DNA from: Candidatus Kapaibacterium sp.
Lineage (GTDB): Bacteria; Patescibacteriota; Patescibacteriia; UBA9934
Direction of reading: 5' to 3'
Length of the DNA: 64,000 bases
Assembly: GCA_044350705.1 (NCBI GenBank)
Contig: JBILHA010000001.1
Span: forward strand, 177,809 to 241,808
The notes below the pieces were generated by a model that saw nothing but the letters and a program-made list of their open reading frames with translations, was not told the origin of the DNA and searched no databases. The position numbers and the translations under genes were made by a program. Below are positions 1 through 9,422 of this stretch, one piece after another. Every line of letters begins with the position of its first letter. Positions within the stretch are counted from its first letter, which is position 1.

Positions 1-1062
1 CTTGCTCCTGAGTATATTCAAAGCGATGCTTCGGAAAGTTATGCACGATTTGATCCCATTGGCGTTGTGCTTGCGATCATGCCGTGGAATTTTCCTTTTT
101 GGCAGGTGATGCGTTTTGCGGCGCCTGCGCTTATGGCGGGCAATGTGGGCGTTCTTAAGCATGCATCAAATGTTCCTCAATGTGCTCAGGCACTCGAGGA
201 TATTTTTAGAGAAGCAGGTTTTCCAGAAGGAGTATTTCTTAATCTCGCGATTGGATCTTCAAAAGTAGAGCAAGTGATTCGTCATCCTGCCGTGTGGGGA
301 GTTGCGCTTACGGGAAGCGAATATGCAGGAAGTAAGGTTGCGGCGCTTGCAGGGTCGCTTATTAAGAAAACGGTACTTGAACTCGGGGGAAGTGATCCGT
401 TTATCGTACTTGCTGATGCGGATATTGCGGTTGCTGCAAAGATTGCTGCAAAGGCTCGATTGCAAAATAATGGACAAAGTTGTATTGCGGCGAAGCGGTT
501 TATTGTAGTAGAGGAAGTGTATGATGAGTTTCTTTCTGCGTTTACGAAAGAAGTGGAATCGTATGTTGTAGGAGACCCGCTTGATGAGAAAACAACATTG
601 GGACCTCTCGTTAATGCAGCAGGGCGTGAAGATATTGAGCGCCAGGTGCAAGAATCTGTTGAAAAAGGTGCACGTATTGTTTCGGGTGGGAAAAGAATAG
701 GGGAGAAAGGTTTCTTTTATGCGGCAACTATTCTTGCGGACGTTGCTCCAGGAATGCCTGCGTACCACGAAGAGTTGTTTGGACCGGTTGCTTCAGTTAT
801 TCGTGTGCGTGATGCGGAGGAGGCGGTGCGAGTAGCAAACGATACGCCGTTTGGACTAGGGGGAAGTGTGTGGACGAAGAATACTGAGGTTGCAAAGTCG
901 CTTGCGGTGAAGATTCGTTCAGGATCGGTATTTGTAAATGGACTTGTGAAATCTGACGCGAGACTGCCTTTTGGAGGCACAGGAATTTCCGGATATGGAC
1001 GCGAACTTTCCTCGTACGGTCTTCGAGAGTTTGTGCATGTGAAGACCGTTTGGGTTGCGTAG
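1..1062 (+). CDS. NAD(P)-dependent aldehyde dehydrogenase, succinate-semialdehyde dehydrogenase-like (5' end outside the window)
   Basis: ALDH motifs PWNFP, LKHAS, TGS, ELGGSDP, catalytic GQSC, EELFGP and PFGG; the frame is open from position 1. Confidence 0.9.
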   Translation, partial: LAPEYIQSDASESYARFDPIGVVLAIMPWNFPFWQVMRFAAPALMAGNVGVLKHASNVPQCAQALEDIFREAGFPEGVFLNLAIGSSKVEQVIRHPAVWGVALTGSEYAGSKVAALAGSLIKKTVLELGGSDPFIVLADADIAVAAKIAAKARLQNNGQSCIAAKRFIVVEEVYDEFLSAFTKEVESYVVGDPLDEKTTLGPLVNAAGREDIERQVQESVEKGARIVSGGKRIGEKGFFYAATILADVAPGMPAYHEELFGPVASVIRVRDAEEAVRVANDTPFGLGGSVWTKNTEVAKSLAVKIRSGSVFVNGLVKSDARLPFGGTGISGYGRELSSYGLREFVHVKTVWVA

Positions 1063-1332
1063 TGATGAGAAGGTCGGTAGTCTTTTTGCGGAGGAAAGAT
1101 TTATGCAGGAATATCAAGGCGTCTGGGTGAGATTTGCCGGGAACATTCGGCACATCAAAGAAGGGAGGCCACACCACTGGCGTTGCTTTGTCAACGCTCA
1201 GGGTGAGGAGATGCCTCTTACGAGCTGGCGACTTGTGGGGGAGGCCACGGCGCAGAATTTTAGGGTCGGAACAGACCCAGAGGCGAAAAATCTACTTGGT
1301 CTTTTTCAGCTATTCTGTTGCTTTACTCCAGG

Positions 1333-1374
1333 TAATAAAAAACATCACGGAATATTCCGTGATGTTTTTTATTA
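1333..1374. terminator. Perfect 42-bp palindrome, probable bidirectional intrinsic terminator
   Basis: TAATAAAAAACATCACGGAAT|ATTCCGTGATGTTTTTTATTA with A/T tails, between convergent genes. Confidence 0.75.
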
Positions 1375-2325
1375 TCGTTCGATTTTTTCTTCTGTCCAAG
1401 AACCGTCTTCATGTCGAGCGTTGAAGTGTATGGCTCCATCTTCAATGCGGACGTTGTCAATATAATCGTATACTTTTTGATCTCGGTGATTGATCACGAT
1501 TCTCCAGCGGTCATTGATTTGCGCTCGATAGACGATCGTTTCATCATCTGCCCATATCAGCGAATCGATATAGTCGTACGAGAATCCATTTCCGATACTT
1601 GAAAGAACAATGAATTGCTCGGGATTTGCACCGTCGCCCTGGTTGTTTCGTACCGCGTACTCAGTGTTCCTTGGATTGAAGGTGAGGAGCTTGTAATCCC
1701 ATCCACAGCTGTAGTGTGAGTTTTCCTTACCATCTACGACGAGTTGGAAACCGTGTGAAGCGTTACTGCATACTCTTTCTTCTTCACCTTTTGTGTCGGC
1801 GAGATAGAGGAGGTGTTTTTCGTCTTCGCTTACGCTGATATTGCGGACAAAGTGGTAAGGTCCCCCGTATACTTTGTTCCCAGAAGTTACCACTCCCGTT
1901 CCATCAGCATTTCGAGACCAAGAGATGATATTTCCTGTTTGAGGGTCAAATACTGGACTACCGTCTACGTATTCATACCCTCTATATGGGTCCATCTGGG
2001 AGGTGTCGATCGTGACCTTCATTCCTGGTTGCAGCGTTCTTGGGTCATAATCGAGATACTCTTCTGCATTTGTCTGTTTGCGTTCATCCCAGCGAATGAA
2101 GAGCTCTTTCCATTGAAAACCGCTTCCCAGATAATAGTCTGCAATTCCCCAGAGTGTATCTCCACGTTCTACGGTGTAGCAGAGCGATGTTTCTTCATAG
2201 GGTGTTTCAAAGGTTTGTGGGCCATGACAGTAGTCGAGGCCACTTGCAGGCGTTGCTGCTGAGGCAGGAAGCGCAAAAGCGAGGCTCGCAACCGTCATCC
2301 CCATAAGGGTGAGGATTTTTTTCAT
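1372..2325 (-). CDS. Secreted LysM-domain protein with a beta-rich C-terminal region
   Basis: Signal peptide MKKILTL...ASA and LysM motif YTVERGDTLWGIA...LQPGMKV; start taken at the ATG at 2325. Confidence 0.8.
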   Translation of the reverse strand: MKKILTLMGMTVASLAFALPASAATPASGLDYCHGPQTFETPYEETSLCYTVERGDTLWGIADYYLGSGFQWKELFIRWDERKQTNAEEYLDYDPRTLQPGMKVTIDTSQMDPYRGYEYVDGSPVFDPQTGNIISWSRNADGTGVVTSGNKVYGGPYHFVRNISVSEDEKHLLYLADTKGEEERVCSNASHGFQLVVDGKENSHYSCGWDYKLLTFNPRNTEYAVRNNQGDGANPEQFIVLSSIGNGFSYDYIDSLIWADDETIVYRAQINDRWRIVINHRDQKVYDYIDNVRIEDGAIHFNARHEDGSWTEEKIER

Positions 2326-2471
2326 AACGGCGGATGCTCTCACGATTTTTTTCCACTGTCAAGAAATTTTTTTGGGAAAATAAAATAAAATATTGCTTCA
2401 TTTAGCAAAATTTTATCTTCAGGAGAAATGTTTTTATTGCGTTGCTGCAGTCTTTTGGGGTGGAGGGAGTA

Positions 2472-2655
2472 TGGTTTCGAGTATAGGCGGCTGCGCTCGC
2501 TTGCTTGCCTATAGAATCCAGCGAATTCTCATCCGCTCGCCCCTACAATGAAAAAAATACGGAAGAATCCGTAATTTTTTCGTGGCAGGACACATGACTG
2601 CTGAACTCAATTTTCAGAGGCGTTTAAAGGATTTTGCGAACGTTACGCTGGCAGG
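2472..2655. repeat. Hairpin-rich region with degenerate copies of the tRNA-Trp 3' end (possible att scar)
   Basis: TATAGGC/GCCTATA stem; long imperfect hairpin at about 2542-2589; TGGCAGG at 2583 and 2649 matches the tRNA 3' end at 3824. Confidence 0.4.
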
Positions 2656-2739
2656 CAGGTACGGTGATTAGTGTGGCTTTTAAAAAAAAAACAGATGAGT
2701 ATAATTAGTTGAAATTTGTTCAATTAAACGTATCATTTT

Positions 2740-3681
2740 TTAATTATTAAAATCAGCAATCCAAATATCGTGTGTATTTTTTAAAGCAATAATATTTTTA
2801 ATATTTAGTTTAGTCGCGTGTTCATTTATCTGTTCTTGATTTGCACCGGATAATTCTTTATGAATTGCATTCGCGACTGTTAGCGCTAAGAGGCGATGAT
2901 TTCCATCCATCACGCTATGCCCCCTGAAGATGCCAAATTCATATTCTTTTTTAAGAATGATGGGCTTTGGAAAAGTTCCATTTTCTAGGAGGTATCGAAG
3001 AGCGTTTTCAAAACGCCGATATCCATTTCCTGTTTTTTTCAAATTACTATAAGCATTGTCAATGTTATATAAATAACATTTTTGCATGTCTTCAAGGCAT
3101 TTTATTGCTGCAGTACTCCACCTAATACTAAATGGTTTAATATTAACCTTATTCCAAGTGGCACGCTGCCAGGTATGCAGATCTAATGTTAAAATACGTA
3201 ACCATCTTTCCGGATTTTTACTTTCATAAGGAGGCCATCCCTCATATTCAGCAAATGATAGTAGCCATTCATCGATGATTTCTTCTGGAAAATTTGGCAA
3301 ATCACGCTTAATGCTTTCTCGTAAAGAATTCGAAACATCTCCAGTCACTTCAATGGCAATAGCGAGTACTCCAAATTTCTGAATATCCTCTGATGAATAG
3401 TAGCGGGCCATGTCAGCCGCTGCCTGTTTCACGGTTGTGCCCGGACTCCACCCAGCAAGAGTGGGATCTGTTATCGTGAATAGTTCAATAAAATCTTTTG
3501 CAGTTTTGGTTTCCTTAACTAATGCTACCAATGTCTTGTTATTCTTACCGTCCGTGAAGCGAATATTGTCACCGGCATTAATACACTTACGCTTACTGTC
3601 ATTGAGACGAATTTCAAATATTTTCTCTTTGCGAGATATCATCCCGAACGATTCCGGATTAAGTTTCATTTTATGTTGCAT
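2740..3681 (-). CDS. ASCH-domain protein fused to a ParB/Srx-like domain
   Basis: N-terminal ASCH signature (MKL...F..I....K..EIRLND.KR..I..GD.I.F); C-terminal PKPII...VMDGNHRLLAL resembles ParBc; visibly AT-rich. Confidence 0.65.
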   Translation of the reverse strand: MQHKMKLNPESFGMISRKEKIFEIRLNDSKRKCINAGDNIRFTDGKNNKTLVALVKETKTAKDFIELFTITDPTLAGWSPGTTVKQAAADMARYYSSEDIQKFGVLAIAIEVTGDVSNSLRESIKRDLPNFPEEIIDEWLLSFAEYEGWPPYESKNPERWLRILTLDLHTWQRATWNKVNIKPFSIRWSTAAIKCLEDMQKCYLYNIDNAYSNLKKTGNGYRRFENALRYLLENGTFPKPIILKKEYEFGIFRGHSVMDGNHRLLALTVANAIHKELSGANQEQINEHATKLNIKNIIALKNTHDIWIADFNN

Positions 3682-3687
3682 AATTTT

Positions 3688-3721
3688 TGAAAAACCACCA
3701 GACATTGCTGGTGATTTTTCA
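3688..3721. terminator. Hairpin downstream of tRNA-Trp
   Basis: TGAAAAACCACCAG-ACATTG-CTGGTGATTTTTCA inverted repeat. Confidence 0.5.
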
Positions 3722-3823
3722 GCTGCCGTCATAATGCTCCTGAGAACCTGGAGAGACGCAGGTATCCGTGAGGATAATTAGCGTTGCCCTAGGCATTCAG
3801 GTATTTCGCACCATAACAGCGCT

Positions 3824-3897
3824 TGGCAGGGGCGGAGGGAATCGAACCCGCGCTAGAGGTTTTGGAGACCCCTGTACTACCATTATACGACGCCCCT
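3824..3897 (-). tRNA. trnW: tRNA-Trp (anticodon CCA)
   Basis: Reverse complement AGGGGCGTCGTATAATGGTAGTACAGGGGTCTCCAAAACCTCTAGCGCGGGTTCGATTCCCTCCGCCCCTGCCA has an AGGGGCG/CGCCCCT acceptor stem, CT-CCA-AA anticodon loop, GTTCGA T-loop and encoded CCA. Confidence 0.97.
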
Positions 3898-4124
3898 ATG
3901 GAGTAACGTGCTATAGTTTTTCCAGTGATTTTGCTGGGAGAGTATACAGAATCTTTTCCTGTCCGGCAAGTAAAATATCCTATGACCCCAACGAGAGGAA
4001 TTATGGAAGAGGAAAAGAAAGATCTTGAATGTAGCGGGTATGGCGTAGCTTACGATTACATCTGAGCAGTTCTTTGCAAGGGTGAATATTCGTTGGGAGT
4101 TTCCCAAGGGGTTTCGTTGGAGAA

Positions 4125-4156
4125 TAAAAACACGTCTCATATGAGACGTGTTTTTA
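4125..4156. terminator. Perfect 32-bp palindrome terminator
   Basis: TAAAAACACGTCTCAT|ATGAGACGTGTTTTTA right after the stop of the 573-aa gene. Confidence 0.75.
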
Positions 4157-4158
4157 GA

Positions 4159-5880
4159 CTATTCCGTAGCAAGTGCTCCTTCTCCCGCGGGGTTGTATCC
4201 TGCTTCTACCTCAGCTTTATCATCGAATCCATCATAGTCACTGTCGGTTGAGAGGTCGCTTGAGCGGTAGAGGACCGCTTCATCGTATGCCGAGAGTCCG
4301 TCTTCATCTTCGTCGGTTTTCTTTGCTCCTTCCTCGGAGAGAAAGAGTTCAGTTGCGGTGTTTGTGCCTTTTACCACTTTTCCATAGAAGGAAAATGTAT
4401 CATCTTCCTCCCCCTTTTTTACTTCAAAGAGTAAAGTGTATCCGTTTTCGGTACGGCTATATGGATAGGGTTTTTCTGTAAAAATGTCGTTTGGAATGGT
4501 GTTTACTTTTTTATATTCATCTTCGAGGCCGATCAGATCGTTGAGAGACTCGGGATACTCCCCACGCTCCCCATGGTAGAGATCAAGTGCGGATTGAATA
4601 TCGCTTACGGTTTCGAGTTGCGTATCTTGGTTTGCAGTTTCCATATCCATTCCCACGAGAAGATTGATTGCTTCTTCGGTGGTCATGGCATCTGTAGGAG
4701 CGCTTACATTTACGGGGATATTAATACTTTCAAAGTGTATTTCGGTTTCTAAAGTAATTTGTCGATCTTTCAGGAGATCTCCTTGGAGCTTTGGGGCCAG
4801 ACGTGTTGAGAGGGCGATCATGAGAGGGGTGCCGTCATCGCGCATGGTTGCTGAGAGGTTGAGTCTCTTGAAAAGCTCGCGGTAGATATCTCTTGCACGT
4901 TCCTTTGTAGACGCTTCAATAAATTCATCGGTAAATACCATGTATTCTTCGGTTTCCGGGAAGAGTCCTTCTCGGTCATCACCAATTGCAATGACTGTTT
5001 CGCGGAGTTTTTCTCCATCGATCACTGCGGTTGTATGCCATGCGCGTTCATCCTGATAGGTTACTCGTTCTGGAACTGAGAAAATGATCGCGCCATTTTT
5101 TACTCCTTGTTCAAGAAGGGTAAAGATCTCTTCTCGTGGATCAGGGCTTTTTTCTTTCTCGTCTTCCTTTTCCTCCTCTGATTCTTCAATATCCATAAAG
5201 AAGGGGTCGGTGTACGTGAATACTTCCTCACGTTCTTCCGATTCATTTTCAAGATCAATCCATTTTCCCTCTAAGGCGCTTAAGTCCAAGATGGGAATGG
5301 GGAGAGGAATGGCATCGGGCTTGATATAGGTCGTTCCTTCCACGGTACGTGTTGTGAGATCGATGTTTGCGCTTATATTGTTTCCGGTATACGTGCCTTG
5401 TATGCGTGTTTCTTCATTTGCTCCTTCTTGTTGTTCTGCGAAAGAAGAAGTAATGGAGAGATCGAGATGAAGATCGCTTGGGAGCATTTGGAGTGTGAGC
5501 GGATTGAGTGATTCGTCATCCATTTCTTTATCTAAGAAAAGAGAGAAATCAAGAGGCTCCACATCTTCTGCGCGAGGCTCTATGGCTACATTGAGGTTTA
5601 CGGTTGTTTTTGCTGAATTGATGCTTTGTAATGTGGCAAGCATCTGTTCTGCGGTCGGGCGTTTCATGAGCGGGTTCGGAAGATAGCCTGCCCAAGCGGC
5701 ATAGCCTAATCCGGTAATAGCGCCGATACCTACGATCGTTGCTCCTGCAATAAAGATGATGCGCTTTTTGCCATGTGAGGGTTTTGATGGAGGAGGAGAG
5801 GTGGGTTGAGGAATGGGAGTGGACGGTGCGTTTTGCCCCGCGGACATCTCGGGGAGCAAGGGGGAGGGGAGTTCTGGCAT
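4159..5880 (-). CDS. Membrane-anchored surface protein with a GspG/pilin-like segment and C-terminal Asp-rich (TSP3-like) repeats
   Basis: Pro-rich N-terminus, one TM helix, IQSALDLYHGERGEYPESLNDL segment and DxDxDG repeats ending GYNPAGEG. Confidence 0.6.
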   Translation of the reverse strand: MPELPSPLLPEMSAGQNAPSTPIPQPTSPPPSKPSHGKKRIIFIAGATIVGIGAITGLGYAAWAGYLPNPLMKRPTAEQMLATLQSINSAKTTVNLNVAIEPRAEDVEPLDFSLFLDKEMDDESLNPLTLQMLPSDLHLDLSITSSFAEQQEGANEETRIQGTYTGNNISANIDLTTRTVEGTTYIKPDAIPLPIPILDLSALEGKWIDLENESEEREEVFTYTDPFFMDIEESEEEKEDEKEKSPDPREEIFTLLEQGVKNGAIIFSVPERVTYQDERAWHTTAVIDGEKLRETVIAIGDDREGLFPETEEYMVFTDEFIEASTKERARDIYRELFKRLNLSATMRDDGTPLMIALSTRLAPKLQGDLLKDRQITLETEIHFESINIPVNVSAPTDAMTTEEAINLLVGMDMETANQDTQLETVSDIQSALDLYHGERGEYPESLNDLIGLEDEYKKVNTIPNDIFTEKPYPYSRTENGYTLLFEVKKGEEDDTFSFYGKVVKGTNTATELFLSEEGAKKTDEDEDGLSAYDEAVLYRSSDLSTDSDYDGFDDKAEVEAGYNPAGEGALATE

Positions 5881-5911
5881 ATGGTCCCTATCATAACATT
5901 TTTGATGTATG

Positions 5912-5955
5912 AAAAAACGTCCCCCATACCGCGTTGGGTGTGGGGGCGTTTTTTT
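5912..5955. terminator. Intrinsic terminator hairpin
   Basis: AAAAAACGTCCCCCA...TGGGGGCGTTTTTT at the 3' end of the SPFH gene. Confidence 0.6.
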
Positions 5956-6688
5956 ATTTTTTGAATCCGCTAAATGCTTGAAGGATTTCGAGAGGAACCG
6001 TGAAGACGACGGTGTTGGATTGGTCGGAGCTCAGGTCGTTTATTGCGTGAAGAGTTCGCAGGTGGAGTGCGCCCGGAGCAGAGGCGAGCATACTCGCTGC
6101 TCGTGCAATGTTTTCCGAGGCCTTTACTTCACCTTCTGAATTGATTACTACGGCGTCGCGCTCACGTTCTGCTTCAGCTTTCTTTGCCATCGTACGAATC
6201 ATTTCAGGAGGAAGGTTAATGTCCTTCAATTCCACTGAAGATACCTCTACTCCCCAACTTGCAGTTACGGTTTCTAGGAGTTTCTCGATTTTTTCGGAGA
6301 TTGTTGCGCGTCCTGCGAGGAGTTCGTCAAGTGTTACTTCTCCTACCACGTTGCGCATGGTGGTTTGTGCGAGCTGCATGACCGCGTAATGTGCATTTTC
6401 TACTTCAAGAACAGATTTCGCGGGGTCAGCGATTTTGTAGTAGATTACTGCGTTAATTTTTGCAGATACGTTATCTTTTGTGATCGCGTCTTGACTGGGA
6501 ACATCCATTGCCTTTACGCGCAAGTCTACTTTACGGAGTGACTGAAATACAGGGATCACCAGTCTCCATCCTGGGTTTATGGTAGAGGTGTATTTTCCCA
6601 TGGTGAATTTAATACCTCGTTCGTACTGATTCACCTGACGCAGGGAAATGAGGAGTACCATGATGACCGGGAAAATCAATCCTTCCAT
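5954..6688 (-). CDS. SPFH/Band 7 (stomatin-like) membrane protein
   Basis: QYERG...VDLR...QDAITKDNV...LAQTTMRNVVG...AEAERER...LHLRTL. Confidence 0.92.
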   Translation of the reverse strand: MEGLIFPVIMVLLISLRQVNQYERGIKFTMGKYTSTINPGWRLVIPVFQSLRKVDLRVKAMDVPSQDAITKDNVSAKINAVIYYKIADPAKSVLEVENAHYAVMQLAQTTMRNVVGEVTLDELLAGRATISEKIEKLLETVTASWGVEVSSVELKDINLPPEMIRTMAKKAEAERERDAVVINSEGEVKASENIARAASMLASAPGALHLRTLHAINDLSSDQSNTVVFTVPLEILQAFSGFKK

Positions 6689-6765
6689 AATATAAGGTTA
6701 ATTCTTTTGAGAGGAGCGTAGCAAAGCTATTTTCAAGAGACAAATTTTTGTTAGAATCTCTGTGT

Positions 6766-8007
6766 ATGGATTCTTCTGAAGATGTGTTGTTTCGTCGTGC
6801 ATTTGGTGCGGGTATTCTCGGTGCTTTTTTTGGTATAATCCTCGTCAGCGGAGGAGTATGGCTTTTGTATCAAGATCCTCGTGGAAAGTCATGGATTCAT
6901 GATCGTATTTCCTCTCTTTTGCTTACGGAGGAAGTTCCCACGATTACTGATACTACGGGAACGATTGATCCTCTTGTTTCCGTGGTTGCCGCTGCTGATC
7001 CTGCGGTTGTTTCGCTGGTGGTGACAAAGGAGGTTCCTATCTATGAGCGGTATTATGAGCGAGCCAATCCTTTCGGAGGGGGATTTTCTGGGTTCCTCAT
7101 TCCGCAGTATCGAGAGAATGGTACTCGTGAAGAGGAGGTATCGGGCGGAACGGGATTCTTCATTTCTTCGGATGGATATCTTGTAACAAATAATCACGTG
7201 ATAGATGTAGAAGAATCGTCGTATACCGTTTATCTTAATGATGGGGCTTCCTATCCTGCGAGCCTTATTGCAACAGATGCTTTGCTTGATGTAGCTCTGT
7301 TAAAAGTTGACGCGCCGGGTGTTTCATTTTCTTCGCTTTCTTTTGCTGATTCTGATAAGGCTCAAGCAGGTCAAACGGTTATCGCGATCGGAAATGCGCT
7401 CGGGGAATATCGTAATACGGTTTCTGTAGGAGTTATTTCGGGTTTGTCTCGCTCGGTGTTTGCGGCAACGACGGGAGGATCCGCGGAGCTATTGCAGGAT
7501 ATTATTCAGACCGATGCGGCGATCAACCCCGGGAATTCTGGAGGTCCGCTTCTTGATCTTTCGGGAAAGGTGATCGGGGTGAATGTTGCTGCGTCGGTAG
7601 GGAGCGCTGAGAATATTGGATTTGCTCTTCCTGCGAATGCGGTACGTGTCGCGGTAGAATCCATGAAAGAGCATGGGAAGATTCTTCGTCCATGGCTCGG
7701 GGTGCGTTATGACATGATTACTCCTGAGTTCGCGGAGAGCGCAGGATTGCCGGTGACTTTTGGAGCGCTTATTCGGAGAGGAGGGGATAATGAGCCCGCG
7801 GTTATTCCGGGTTCGCCTGCTGATAAAGCAGGGTTGGTGGAAAACGATATTATTTTGAGTGTAAATGGTGAGTTTGTGAATGATTCTCATGATTTAGGGT
7901 ATCTTCTTCGTCTTCATGCTCCTGGTGATGCTGTGGTTATTCGTGTTATGCGTGAGGGGGAAGAGCGCGAGTATCAGGTAACTCTTGAAGAGCGTCCTGC
8001 TGAATAG
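6766..8007 (+). CDS. htrA: HtrA/DegP-family serine protease with a PDZ domain
   Basis: TNNHV, DVALLK, IQTDAAINPGNSGGPL and a C-terminal PDZ domain (GSPADKAGL); N-terminal TM helix. Confidence 0.92.
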   Translation: MDSSEDVLFRRAFGAGILGAFFGIILVSGGVWLLYQDPRGKSWIHDRISSLLLTEEVPTITDTTGTIDPLVSVVAAADPAVVSLVVTKEVPIYERYYERANPFGGGFSGFLIPQYRENGTREEEVSGGTGFFISSDGYLVTNNHVIDVEESSYTVYLNDGASYPASLIATDALLDVALLKVDAPGVSFSSLSFADSDKAQAGQTVIAIGNALGEYRNTVSVGVISGLSRSVFAATTGGSAELLQDIIQTDAAINPGNSGGPLLDLSGKVIGVNVAASVGSAENIGFALPANAVRVAVESMKEHGKILRPWLGVRYDMITPEFAESAGLPVTFGALIRRGGDNEPAVIPGSPADKAGLVENDIILSVNGEFVNDSHDLGYLLRLHAPGDAVVIRVMREGEEREYQVTLEERPAE

Positions 8008-8010
8008 CGT

Positions 8011-8868
8011 ATGAAATTTTCTCGTACAGGAATTTTGCCCGTAGGAGGCATCGTCTTGATGCTCTTTGTTCTCATTGTTCTTGTTTTATTCGTCCTTCCT
8101 CGGGATACCGCATATGCGCCTGTTGTTCCTGTTGAGTCGGGAGAGGAAGGGGGGCAGGGCGAGCAAGTATGGAAAAATATTATGGTCTCAGAGCCGGTTC
8201 CAGGACAAGAAGTCGGGTTTCCTTTAAAGATTGTTGGACAGGCGCGTGTATTTGAAAATACGTTTCAGTATCGTGTGGTAGATGACGCGGGAAATGTGCT
8301 TACAGATGGATATGGCATGGCAGAGGCGAAGGAAGCGGGAGAGTTCGGAACATTTCGTATTTTGCTTACCTACCGTGAGCCGACAACGCCTACGGGGAAG
8401 GTGGAAGTATTTTCTTCCTCCGCAAGGGATGGTTCTCAGGAGAACAGCGTTGTTATTCCCGTTGTTTTTTCACAAGATGTTTCTGCTCAAGAGATTTTGA
8501 TCCCCTTTGTGCCTCGTGAGAACGAGGGTACTGATTGTGCTGAGATTGCCTTCGTGCCTCGACGCGTTGAACGTACACCTGCGATTGCGCATGCAGCAAT
8601 GATTGAGCTTCTTGAAGGGCCCGATGAAGGTGAGCGTCAATTATTTCTTACGCTTCTTCCTGCCGAGGCCCGTCTTCGTTCTGTTGTTATCGAGGAGGGG
8701 GTTGCGAGGGTTACCTTTGTTGCGGGATCTTTTGATCGTGTTGCGGGATCGTGTATGGTCACGGGTATTCGTGCCCAAATTGAGGCAACCTTAGCACAAT
8801 TTCCCTCCGTTGATTTGGTGATTATTTTAGAAGAAGGGAAAGAAGCGGGGGAGATTTTGCAGCCATAA
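8011..8868 (+). CDS. Gmad2 Ig-like plus GerMN domain membrane protein
   Basis: G.ARVFENT..YRV.D..G (Gmad2); LLEGP...GSC....IRAQIEATLAQFPSV (GerMN). Confidence 0.8.
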   Translation: MKFSRTGILPVGGIVLMLFVLIVLVLFVLPRDTAYAPVVPVESGEEGGQGEQVWKNIMVSEPVPGQEVGFPLKIVGQARVFENTFQYRVVDDAGNVLTDGYGMAEAKEAGEFGTFRILLTYREPTTPTGKVEVFSSSARDGSQENSVVIPVVFSQDVSAQEILIPFVPRENEGTDCAEIAFVPRRVERTPAIAHAAMIELLEGPDEGERQLFLTLLPAEARLRSVVIEEGVARVTFVAGSFDRVAGSCMVTGIRAQIEATLAQFPSVDLVIILEEGKEAGEILQP

Positions 8869-8983
8869 TGTGCATTTTTCCGTGTGTTTTCGGCACTTAT
8901 TGTTGATAACTTCCTTTGCGGAACAAACTGCTGTGCTACGCTTTCCCCGCAAAATCATTACTATTTCTTAAAAAAACCATTGT

Positions 8984-9271
8984 ATGGCAGCAAAGCGCAT
9001 GACCAAGAGTCAGATGATTGCAGATCTTTCCGAACGCTGGGGAGTCTCCAAGAAGCAGGTAAACGAAATGTACGAGGGTCTCATTGAACTCTCTTACAAG
9101 GAAATTAAGCGCGCAGGAGAGTTTGTCATGCCAGGTCTTGGAAAGCTCGTGAAGAAGAATCGTCCTGCACGTCAGGGTCGCAACCCAGCAACGGGTGAAA
9201 CGATCAAGATTCCTGCAAAGACGGTTATTAAGTTCACTGTTGCAAAGGCCGCAAAGGAAGCGCTTCTCTAA
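8984..9271 (+). CDS. hup: HU family DNA-binding protein
   Basis: MTKSQMI...GLGKL...ARQGRNPATGETIKIPAK. Confidence 0.95.
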   Translation: MAAKRMTKSQMIADLSERWGVSKKQVNEMYEGLIELSYKEIKRAGEFVMPGLGKLVKKNRPARQGRNPATGETIKIPAKTVIKFTVAKAAKEALL

Positions 9272-9285
9272 GTTGTCCACATAAC

Positions 9286-9322
9286 ACAAAAAAGATACTC
9301 GACGATCGAGTGTCTTTTTTGT
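9286..9322 (+). terminator. Intrinsic terminator after HU
   Basis: ACAAAAAAGATACTCGA...TCGAGTGTCTTTTTTGT. Confidence 0.7.
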
Positions 9323-9422
9323 TATGAGTGCATTAACGCATGATGCTGCAGGAAGGGGAAAAAAGTATTGTACGCGCGCCTTCTTTTCGTTACCATTCGG
9401 CCGAATTTTTTACTGCATGTGT

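Noticed and set aside
1055-1465. 136-aa + strand ORF after the aldehyde dehydrogenase
   Set aside because: No recognisable motif; it runs through the terminator palindrome and overlaps the LysM gene. A short real gene or remnant in 1063-1330 cannot be excluded.
3768-4140. Short ORFs around tRNA-Trp (3768-4028 +, 3883-4140 -)
   Set aside because: They overlap the tRNA or terminator and have no protein-like motifs.
8011-8868. GerMN/Gmad2 domains as evidence of sporulation
   Set aside because: These domains are widespread in non-sporulating bacteria and no other spore genes are present.
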